Positions 8,700 through 16,419 of a stretch of 26,752 nucleotides of DNA are shown piece after piece. Positions within the stretch are counted from its first letter, which is position 1. The number at the start of each line of letters is the position of its first letter. Both the position numbers and the translations under genes were made by a program. Below the pieces are notes generated by a model. It did no database searches and was not told the origin of the DNA. It was given only the letters and a program-made list of their open reading frames with translations. This stretch comes from Chthoniobacteraceae bacterium (lineage in GTDB: Bacteria > Verrucomicrobiota > Verrucomicrobiia > Chthoniobacterales > Chthoniobacteraceae). The stretch lies in assembly GCA_037190965.1 (NCBI GenBank), contig JBBCKI010000058.1, positions 1 to 26,752 of the forward strand, written 5' to 3'.

Positions 8700-10157
8700 T
8701 TACTCCGCCAGCTTCTTCGCCAGGACGTCGCCCACGAGCGCCGGGTTGGCCTTCCCCTGCGAGAGCCGGATGACCTGGCCCTTGAGGAAGTTGATCGAGC
8801 CGAGCTTGCCGCCTTTGTACTCGGCAACCGCCTTCGGGTTCGCGGCGATGGCCTGGTCGCAAAGCGCTTCGATGGCGCCGAGGTCACTTTCCTGTTTAAG
8901 CCCTTTCTCTTCGACGATGACGCCTGCGGCTTTGCCGGTGGCGAACATCTCCGTGAAGACCTCCTTGCCCTGCTTGCCGCTGATGGTTCCGGCGTCAATC
9001 AGGTTGACCAGTTCATCGAGGCTGCTCGAGGAGACGGGGCATTCCTCGATGCTGAGGCTGGCCGCGCCCAGCGCGCTGGAGAGATCGTTCAAAATCCAGT
9101 TGGCCACGTTTTTGGGCTTCTTCGCGTTGGCGGCGGCCTCCTCGAAGTAACGGGCAAGGGCGAGGTCGTTCGCCAGCACCCCGGCATCGTAGGCGCTGAC
9201 GCCGTATTGCTCCATGAAGCGGGCGCGCTTTTGCGTGGGAAGCTCCGGCACGCGGTTGCGGACTTCCGCCACGATGTCGCCGGTCTGCACGGGGAGGAGG
9301 TCGGGATCGGGGAAATAGCGGTAGTCGTGCGCGCTCTCCTTGATGCGCATGAGCGAGGTCTGCCCGGTCACGTCGTCCCAACGGCGGGTTTCCTGAAGCA
9401 GCGTCACGCCTTTATCCACCAATTCGATCTGCCGGGCGATCTCGTAGGTCAGCGCGCGGCGCACGCCGGAGATCGTGTTCATGTTCTTGATCTCGATCTT
9501 GGTGCCGAATTCCGCCTGCCCCTCGGGCCGGACGGAGACGTTGCAGTCGCAACGGAGCTGCCCTTTTTCCATGTCGGCATCGCTGACGCCGCCATAGACG
9601 AGGATCTGTTTGAGCGCCGTAAGGTAGGCGAAGGCCTCTTCCGGCGAGCCGATCTCGGGTTCGCTCACGATCTCCATCAACGGGGTGCCTGCGCGGTTGA
9701 AGTCGATGCCGCTGCTGGTCTCGAAGTGAAAGCTCTTGGCGACGTCCTCCTCCAGGTGAATACGGGTGAGGTGGACCGTCTTGTCAGGGTGCTCGATCGA
9801 CTTCTGGTGGTCCTTCGGGTAGGCGAGATCGTGCAGCAACACGCCGCCGCCGAGGCAGAGGGGGAGGTCGTACTGCGAGATCTGGTAGTTCTTCGGCATG
9901 TCCGGGTAGAAGTACTGCTTGCGGTCGAACTTGCAGACCTCCGGGATCTCGCACCCGAGCATCAGGCCGGTGAGGGCCGTCATCTTGAGCGCCCCGTGGT
10001 TCATCACCGGCATGGCGCCCGGCAGGCCGAGGCAGACGGGGCAGGTGTGCGTGTTGGGCTCCGCACCGAACTCGACGGGGCAGCCGCAGAACATCTTGCT
10101 GCGCGTCTTGAGCTGGACGTGAACTTCAAGGCCGATGGTGACGAGATACTTCTTCAT
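8700..10157 (-). CDS. gatB: Asp-tRNA(Asn)/Glu-tRNA(Gln) amidotransferase subunit B
   Basis: IGLEVHVQL, CPVCLGLPG, FDRKQYFYPD, HLEEDVAK, FNRAGTPLMEIVSEP, LRCDCNVS, YRYFPDPDL, C-terminal YqeY-like domain. Confidence 0.98.
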   Translation of the reverse strand: MKKYLVTIGLEVHVQLKTRSKMFCGCPVEFGAEPNTHTCPVCLGLPGAMPVMNHGALKMTALTGLMLGCEIPEVCKFDRKQYFYPDMPKNYQISQYDLPLCLGGGVLLHDLAYPKDHQKSIEHPDKTVHLTRIHLEEDVAKSFHFETSSGIDFNRAGTPLMEIVSEPEIGSPEEAFAYLTALKQILVYGGVSDADMEKGQLRCDCNVSVRPEGQAEFGTKIEIKNMNTISGVRRALTYEIARQIELVDKGVTLLQETRRWDDVTGQTSLMRIKESAHDYRYFPDPDLLPVQTGDIVAEVRNRVPELPTQKRARFMEQYGVSAYDAGVLANDLALARYFEEAAANAKKPKNVANWILNDLSSALGAASLSIEECPVSSSSLDELVNLIDAGTISGKQGKEVFTEMFATGKAAGVIVEEKGLKQESDLGAIEALCDQAIAANPKAVAEYKGGKLGSINFLKGQVIRLSQGKANPALVGDVLAKKLAE

Positions 10158-10240
10158 GTGGAAAAAACGGGAATCGGAGATTGAGAAGGGAGGAAGCCGG
10201 GTTGAAAAGGATTAAATTTCGCGGTCCGCCCGCCATGGGG

Positions 10241-10582
10241 TCAACTCCGGAAAATGAAATAAACCGCCCCCACTAGACAGAGCCCGGCGTAAAGGTAGTC
10301 CATCTTCAGGGGCTCGTTCATGTAAAAGACGGCAAACGGAACGAAAACTGTCAGGGTGATCACCTCCTGCATGATCTTGAGCTGCGCAAGGCTCATCACG
10401 GTATAACCGATCCGGTTGCCGGGAACCTGGAAGGCATACTCCGCCCCCGCGATCAGCCAACTGATCAGCGCGGCGATGTACCACGGTTTGGCGGAGAGAT
10501 TCTTCAGGTGGCCGTACCAGGCAAACGTCATGAAGAGGTTGGAGCAGACCAGAAGGAGCGGGCTGAGAATCAGCGGTTTCAT
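10241..10582 (-). CDS. DMT superfamily membrane protein (DUF486-type)
   Basis: SNLFMTFAWYGHLK, EYAFQVPGNRIG, QLKIMQEVITL motifs; 113 aa, hydrophobic. Confidence 0.9.
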   Translation of the reverse strand: MKPLILSPLLLVCSNLFMTFAWYGHLKNLSAKPWYIAALISWLIAGAEYAFQVPGNRIGYTVMSLAQLKIMQEVITLTVFVPFAVFYMNEPLKMDYLYAGLCLVGAVYFIFRS

Positions 10583-10714
10583 TCAGAGAAGATGCGCGAA
10601 AGATGGGCGTGAGAATACCGGCAAACCGGGGCGGCGCAAGAACGACCGTGATGGTCGAAGGGTTTCGCGCCAAGCACGCCAGGGACGCCAAGTTATCGAT
10701 TTGGAGGGCTGGCA

Positions 10715-10861
10715 GGTAGACCGCTCTCGCCGAGAGCGCGGGATCGGTGAAAGGATCGAGTTTGGCGTTCATCCCCGCAGGACGGATTTCCGGTATTGGG
10801 CTGCAGCCGTGATGAAGCCACGGGAGCCGAACCCCGCGCTCGACGGCGCGAGCGGTCTACC
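10715..10861 (+). repeat. GTAG-ended REPIN/MITE-like element, copy 2
   Basis: GGTAGACCGCTCTCGCCGAGAGCGCG ... CGCGCTCGACGGCGCGAGCGGTCTACC, followed by GGTGCTGCCGCCACC. Confidence 0.9.
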
Positions 10862-10940
10862 GGTGCTGCCGCCACCCTTCGGGCCTTTCCCTCGCTGTTT
10901 CGCCTTGCGAAAAAACCCGGGAGGCTTCCTCTTTAGGACT

Positions 10941-11972
10941 GTGTTGACCACTCTCAAACTCCGCGATTTCCGCTGTTTCCCGATTTGGGAAGGCGAGTTC
11001 GCGCCCGGGGTCAACGCCATCGTTGGGCCAAACGCACAGGGGAAGACCTCGTTGCTGGAAGCGGCGTGCGTTCTCCTGCGGCTGCAATCCCCGCGTGCGG
11101 CTTCGCTTGCCCCGCTGGTGCGGATCGGCGCGCTGGGGTTTGTGGTGGACGGGTTCTATTCCGGCACGCACCTTCAATTTTATTTCTCCCCCCGTCGCAA
11201 GAAACTGGCGCTCGACTCCGTAGTACAGAGTACGGCGGCCCAATATCTGGAAGTGGGGCGTGTCGTTTGGTTTTCCAACGGCGACATGGTGATCGCCAAC
11301 GGCCCTGCGGACGAGCGGCGGCGGTATCTCGATTTTGTGGCGGCGCAGATCGACGCATCCTATCGGCGACACCTTCGCGCTTATGAGAAGGCGCTTCGTT
11401 CCCGGAATTATCTGCTCAAGGCGGCCACCGTGCGCTGGCGGGAGGTGGCGGCGTTCGACGAACCGCTGCTCGCGGCGGGCAACGCCTTGAGCGCGGCTCG
11501 CGCCGCGTTGGTCATTGCGCTCCAGCCTTATGCGGCGGAAGCCCACAAGGCCATCAGCGCGGCGGCGGGCGAGGCGCTTTCTTTGGACTATGAACCGGGG
11601 GCGGGGGAAGACTTCGCGCAACGCCTTGCCGACACGCGGGACGAAAGCCTTCGGCTGCGGCAGACGCTGGTGGGGCCGCACCGCGATGAGCTCGCGCTCC
11701 AGTTGAATGGCCGCCCGCTTAATCTAGCGAGCGAAGGACAGCAGCGCACCGTCGCGCTGGCGTTGCGGCTTGCTCAGGCGCGATTGATTGCGGCGCAAGG
11801 GGGACGGCTCCCGCTGCTGCTGCTCGACGATATCTTCGGCGAACTCGACCCTGCCCGGCGCAATGCGCTCCTGCGGCACCTGCCCGAGGGCGCGCAGCAG
11901 ATCTTCACTACCACGCATCTCGACTGGATGGATCGCGAGGTCGGGCAGGTGTTTCGATTGGGGAACGGATAA
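10941..11972 (+). CDS. recF: DNA replication/repair protein RecF
   Basis: LKLRDFR, Walker A GPNAQGKTSLLEA, RRRYLD, GPHRDEL, ASEGQQR, LLLLDDIFGELD. Start at GTG 10941 (or TTG 10944). Confidence 0.93.
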   Translation: MLTTLKLRDFRCFPIWEGEFAPGVNAIVGPNAQGKTSLLEAACVLLRLQSPRAASLAPLVRIGALGFVVDGFYSGTHLQFYFSPRRKKLALDSVVQSTAAQYLEVGRVVWFSNGDMVIANGPADERRRYLDFVAAQIDASYRRHLRAYEKALRSRNYLLKAATVRWREVAAFDEPLLAAGNALSAARAALVIALQPYAAEAHKAISAAAGEALSLDYEPGAGEDFAQRLADTRDESLRLRQTLVGPHRDELALQLNGRPLNLASEGQQRTVALALRLAQARLIAAQGGRLPLLLLDDIFGELDPARRNALLRHLPEGAQQIFTTTHLDWMDREVGQVFRLGNG

Positions 11973-12136
11973 ATGGCTGGCATCGGTCTACCTTTTGTAT
12001 TCAGGCTCTAACTCGAATTCCGAACTTGGACGCAGCGATCCCCTCTGCGCCTACGATCTTTAAAGCCCCCATCCTATCCAAAATTAACACCCACAGAATC
12101 AAGCTGTTGAAGATGACAACGGAAAATGGAAATTTG

Positions 12137-12195
12137 TTTGACAGCCTCCGAAGGCGACCTTTATTTTTTGCCGGAACAAGGCGGGCGCTGTCAAA
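12137..12195 (+). promoter_or_regulatory. Candidate sigma70 promoter inside a TTTGACAGC...GCTGTCAAA inverted repeat upstream of the island genes
   Basis: TTGACA at 12138-12143, TATTTT at 12162-12167 (18-nt spacer); 9-bp inverted repeat 12137-12145/12187-12195. Confidence 0.35.
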
Positions 12196-12457
12196 GGCAA
12201 TTAAGAAATAAAGGAATTTAGAAAGGCATGAATAACCGAAAAGCATTAGTGGGACTAGGAGTATTTGTGATTTGTCTTTGGGTCGTGGTCGTGACGACGT
12301 ATGCCGCACAAATCGCGCGAAAAGGCGACGGAATCGAGCCAATGAATGCACCGGTAGGCTGTTCATCAACGTCTAGCGATCCGGGTGGTGGCGCCTAGAG
12401 ATTCTTCGATTACCAAGGATGATGCTGTTGGTTCCGATTCTAAACCGGAAGCTCAGG

Positions 12458-14164
12458 ATGGCGACGAGAAGGTGTATAGCCAGCAGAGTTAGTGCCCTAT
12501 CCATTGTTGCGGCGATCTGCGCATCTGTTTTACTTGCGACGGAACAGGGGCAAGCCTGTGGTATGTCTTGGAGCGAGCCTAGGAGCCATTTTGAGGGGGT
12601 TGATTATCAAGGCAATGTCATGCTGGTGGAGCGATTTGGGGAGATCGATGCTGGCGAAGGCTTAAAGTTTCCTTTTTTTGCCGTCTTCGGCTCCAATAGC
12701 GGCAACAATTCGCCTTATGCGGGCTACGGATGGACCGTGCCGCTTTTGGAGGCGAAGATCACTCAGGTGAACGAAAACACGTTCAAGCTCGACCAGCCTG
12801 ATGGGTGGTTTCGAATGTTCTGGCGGAGTAAAAATAACCCGAACACTCTTGAAGGTCAAGGGGGATGGAAAGCCGAAATCCGCGGTGATGCCATTACGGC
12901 ATGGGCAGATTGCGGCAGTAAGCTTGTTTTCAGCAAGGGAAGGCTCATTTTGATGCAGCTCCAAGAGCGGAAATTCGATTTCGTCTATGACCTGAGCCGA
13001 GTTGTCGAAATCAAAGAAAACGGCGCAGTCATTTTGAAAATTGAGCAGGATGCAATTAAGAGAGAGGTAACGGGATTTCGGTTTTCAAATAATCGGCGGA
13101 TTGGACTCGAGCGAGCCAAGCGTCCACGAGTGCAAGTCATTAATAATCAGAATCTGATCGCCGGGATGGATCAGAGTCTAAGCAAGATTTTTCTGGATGG
13201 CCGGACTATTTGCTCAATTGCGTACGCAGTCGACTCGAATTGCAACCCAATGTTGAATGAGGACAATAGACAGATCGTTTGGAGTGCGGCAACCAAGAAG
13301 GTAATCAAGGATAGGGGGTGGACCTACAGCGTGACGCCAGGTTCAAACGAATATGCTAGCGCAGCTATTGGTCGTAAAGGCGCCCAGGGTCAAAGTGAGT
13401 TCTGGCATAATGATTCCTCAAGGGGAACAGAAACAATTCAGCAGAAAGATGGAGCAAGGAGAACAATTTCACGCTTTACAAGCGGAGCATTGAACGGACG
13501 GATACGCAAAATCGAGGAAGTTCAGGGTGGTAGATCTAAGCTTATTTACCAAGCCTTTTACGACGAAAACGGAAAATTAATTCGCGAGATTGATAATAAT
13601 GGATGTTTAACAGAGTTTTTGATGGAGAATTCCGAAGCCGGAACGGTTTTACGTGCAATCAAAGAGGGGAAAGAGCTATGGTCTGAGATTTCCAATCGTG
13701 ATGGGAAAGTTGTGAAAAAAACATATGCTTCGGGCCTGATTACAGAGACGATAAAAGAAAACAATGGAAATGTAATAATTCATACGAAACAACCCAGTGG
13801 GCTTGACCAAAAAGTCGAAATATTTCCAAACAGGGAGCGCAAAGTGACCTCGAATGGATCTGGAATTGAATGTTACGACCATGAAAATAAGCTGATTCGA
13901 CGAATCGATCGTGACGGTGTTGTTACAAAGTTTTCTTACGATTTAGCTGCAGGTCGGATTGAAATAAAGAATGCCTTCAGAGGTGAACGCCTTATCTTTC
14001 GCGAGATTGCAAGGAAGGATAAAAGTCTCCATCTTAGGGCAAAGTACTCCCTGGATGGCGCTCTTAATCTGATTGACGATATCACACAGGGCGTTTCGAT
14101 TGACGTCGACGTGCTCCCAAGGGAAATTGTGGAGCTTTTATTATTGCGTGACGGTGGGTTGTAA
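12458..14164 (+). CDS. Secreted DUF6531-like / YD (RHS)-repeat protein without RHS core
   Basis: Signal-like N-terminus ending GQA|CG; SPYAGYGWTVPLL...QPDGWFRMF resembles DUF6531; YD-type repeats YDENGKLIREIDNNG and YDHENKLIRRIDRDGVVTKFSYD. Start 12419 or 12458. Confidence 0.7.
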   Translation: MATRRCIASRVSALSIVAAICASVLLATEQGQACGMSWSEPRSHFEGVDYQGNVMLVERFGEIDAGEGLKFPFFAVFGSNSGNNSPYAGYGWTVPLLEAKITQVNENTFKLDQPDGWFRMFWRSKNNPNTLEGQGGWKAEIRGDAITAWADCGSKLVFSKGRLILMQLQERKFDFVYDLSRVVEIKENGAVILKIEQDAIKREVTGFRFSNNRRIGLERAKRPRVQVINNQNLIAGMDQSLSKIFLDGRTICSIAYAVDSNCNPMLNEDNRQIVWSAATKKVIKDRGWTYSVTPGSNEYASAAIGRKGAQGQSEFWHNDSSRGTETIQQKDGARRTISRFTSGALNGRIRKIEEVQGGRSKLIYQAFYDENGKLIREIDNNGCLTEFLMENSEAGTVLRAIKEGKELWSEISNRDGKVVKKTYASGLITETIKENNGNVIIHTKQPSGLDQKVEIFPNRERKVTSNGSGIECYDHENKLIRRIDRDGVVTKFSYDLAAGRIEIKNAFRGERLIFREIARKDKSLHLRAKYSLDGALNLIDDITQGVSIDVDVLPREIVELLLLRDGGL

Positions 14165-14217
14165 GAAGAGCTTGAGTTGCGCAAACCTGAATTTTACAAA
14201 GATAGCTATAGTTTATT

Positions 14218-15516
14218 ATGTATAATGCATTCCAAAGGATTTGTGGATTCTATATTGCCCTGATTGCCGCTGCTTACACAGCGTCGGGAGATATTTCCGT
14301 TAGTGTTTCAGCCGATAAAACGGATATATGGAAGGGGAAGGAGGTGGAGTTTACAGCGAGTGTTACCGGGCAGGATGGAACTGTGGAATACAAATGGACG
14401 CTCCCTGACGGGGCTACAAGCCCCACCGATACAGATTCTACCGTGAAAGTCACCTTTAATAAAGAAGGTGAAGCGCAAAGCTGTTCTGTTTCGGTGAAAG
14501 ATAAATGCGGTCAAGCAGACGACTCGAAAAGCGTGAATGTCTTTACCTTGAGTTATAATCCCAATTCAATAAAGGTAGGCGTGGGAGGTAGCGAGGCCTT
14601 GATAGCAACAGTTAAACCGGAGAGTCTGAAGAGTAGTGTCACTTTTACTTCCGAGAATGATGCCGTGGCAACCGTGAGTGGAAATGCGCCAAATCTCTCG
14701 GTGGGGGGGGTAAGTGTCGGCTCAACGAGCATAGTTGGAGAACTCAATCAGGTGAAGGGAGCCAAGGTCCCGGTGACGGCAGAATGTAAATTGGTGCACA
14801 AGATATTGAAACATATATGTACAGCTCCGTTGAAATATTCGAATCGATACGTCGAAAGCCCTGTTAATCTTGCTAAAGTTTGGTTTGTTCAGGCGCCGTG
14901 CGGATATAATTATGGCAAATTTCAAAATGTGTCAGTGCTCAAAATAACTATAGATTACATTGACGGCAGCCAAAGTCACTGTGTTTCGACTGGCCGCCTT
15001 CGAGATATCTATACTCAAACTGAAGATAATCCTCCACCCTCTCATGTGATTGAGATAACTAGTGGTGGGTGGGTGCGGGTTCCGAATACACAATGGGAGT
15101 ACTTTGAGCATGATGACCCTCCCGGTTTCCCTCTGGGGAGAAACGAAGTTACTAAAATATCTAAATACACAGAAGAATGTGAATATAAATTTTATTTCCT
15201 TTCAAAGCCAGCGCAAGCTCCGGAGTCGGATTGGGAAACTGCATTGATCGGAGTGTGGGGATACACGAACGTGTTGGTTCGCAAGGAATTGAAGGATCCA
15301 AGTACGGGGGAGGTGACGGGGTATGACTTAGAAGTTGACACTGCTAACAGTACTGCTAACCCTGCATTTGGTGACGCGACAGGGGTTGCTGGTACTCCCG
15401 GATCGGAGCTTCCGCTTCTGACGGGGCAGGTTGCGATTCCCTTCATGAATTTTCATTGGACAGTTGTAACAGGTGGCACAAATAGTTATGCGGTAGAATT
15501 TCTTCGGAAACGCTAA
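14218..15516 (+). CDS. Secreted protein with PKD-like and Big_2 Ig-like domains plus unknown C-terminal domain
   Basis: Signal peptide (FYIALIAAAYTASG), PKD-like GKEVEFTASV...YKWTLPDG, Big_2-like ATVKPE...VTFTSENDAVATVS...GSTSI. Confidence 0.75.
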   Translation: MYNAFQRICGFYIALIAAAYTASGDISVSVSADKTDIWKGKEVEFTASVTGQDGTVEYKWTLPDGATSPTDTDSTVKVTFNKEGEAQSCSVSVKDKCGQADDSKSVNVFTLSYNPNSIKVGVGGSEALIATVKPESLKSSVTFTSENDAVATVSGNAPNLSVGGVSVGSTSIVGELNQVKGAKVPVTAECKLVHKILKHICTAPLKYSNRYVESPVNLAKVWFVQAPCGYNYGKFQNVSVLKITIDYIDGSQSHCVSTGRLRDIYTQTEDNPPPSHVIEITSGGWVRVPNTQWEYFEHDDPPGFPLGRNEVTKISKYTEECEYKFYFLSKPAQAPESDWETALIGVWGYTNVLVRKELKDPSTGEVTGYDLEVDTANSTANPAFGDATGVAGTPGSELPLLTGQVAIPFMNFHWTVVTGGTNSYAVEFLRKR

Positions 15517-15521
15517 ATTAA

Positions 15522-16106
15522 ATGAAAAAATTTAAAATTTCATTATCTATATTTGCACTATTGATTGCTTGTTGCGCAGGCGCTCAGATGGATATTGCTG
15601 TCAGTTCGATCGAGGAATATGATGCGCTTCCTGAAAAGGACCAAGCTAGAGTTGATCTCTTAAAGAGTGCAAGCTCGGTTAGGAAGATAGTGCGGGAACG
15701 GTTCTTAAGCGAAATGGAGATCAAGAACAAGGAATGGTTCGAAAAAAAGGTTAGGCGGCACGAGTTGATTCAACAAGGTGAAGCAAAACTAAGGGTTTAC
15801 TTCTTGATGCGGAAAATGTTTCTCGACAAGGCTGTCAGTTTGAAATTTCCGGACCTTAAAGCTCCAGAACTCCAGAGGCTCATGGATATGAATCCCGATA
15901 GCACTAAAGTGCTTGATCAAGTGCCACCTGAAGAGAGTGTTCGACTATGGAAAAAGTACAAATCCACCCTTGAAGATTTGGTCGGCAAATTTTCATTGGA
16001 CAGCGCTGATTTGAAAGCCATTTCTGATATGGAAGCTGCTTTTGCGCCACTGCTTCTTGAAATCGAGGAGGTCCGAGCTGTGCAGACAAAGAAAACGATA
16101 GATTAG
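15522..16106 (+). CDS. Exported hypothetical protein (possible lipoprotein), helical
   Basis: MKKFKISLSIFALLIAC fits a lipobox (LIAC), with alternative SPI site AGA|Q. Starts 5 nt after the upstream stop. Confidence 0.72.
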   Translation: MKKFKISLSIFALLIACCAGAQMDIAVSSIEEYDALPEKDQARVDLLKSASSVRKIVRERFLSEMEIKNKEWFEKKVRRHELIQQGEAKLRVYFLMRKMFLDKAVSLKFPDLKAPELQRLMDMNPDSTKVLDQVPPEESVRLWKKYKSTLEDLVGKFSLDSADLKAISDMEAAFAPLLLEIEEVRAVQTKKTID

Positions 16107-16419
16107 GAGAGAGTGGCTTCTAAACGCCATTCGAGTCAGTCATCAGTTCTAGATAAGATGGCCAGTTGAAACATCCAGTTCAGGAAAGGCGTGGCTCGCT
16201 CGGTATATTTGTCCCTAATGAGGGCCGGTAAAATTTGAGAGCGGTTTTTCCGAGATACTCCAAATAGCACTGGCAGAAAGCTGATTCCATCATTCTTCTG
16301 CAACTGCGATTGAAACTTTGGCATTAGCCGGTGGGGCGCTACATTTCTAGGGGGTTAGATCGTTGATCCCTCCGAATTGGTGACCAAACGTAAGCTTCTG
16401 TGAGCGCCGTGAGATGGGC

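Larger units (their letters stand above)
11973..16350. other. AT-richer accessory island (three exported-protein genes)
   Basis: Hand-counted GC: 19/60 at 13561-13620 and 20/60 at 13741-13800, versus 39/60 in gatB (9181-9240). Boundaries approximate; no integrase or tRNA. Confidence 0.75.

Noticed and set aside
8481..10184. 567 aa + strand ORF and similar long antisense ORFs (2671-4053, 3960-5018, 7263-8342, 17945-18856)
   Set aside because: Antisense shadows of well-supported genes, typical of high-GC codon bias; no recognisable motifs.
10416..10940. N-terminal extension of RecF (518 aa ORF)
   Set aside because: Overlaps the DMT gene antisense and repeat copy 2; RecF motifs start at 10941.
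12001..12369. 122 aa - strand ORF in the island leader
   Set aside because: Non-ATG start, no recognisable family, composition consistent with non-coding AT-rich DNA.
16136..16324. 62 aa - strand ORF or decayed gene at the right end of the island
   Set aside because: No motif in any frame that I can assign.
12373..16342. Loose similarity TAGCGATCCGGGTGGTGGCGCCTA versus TAGCCGGTGGGGCGCTA as att-like island ends
   Set aside because: Needs several gaps over ~20 nt, and the first copy is not at the compositional boundary.
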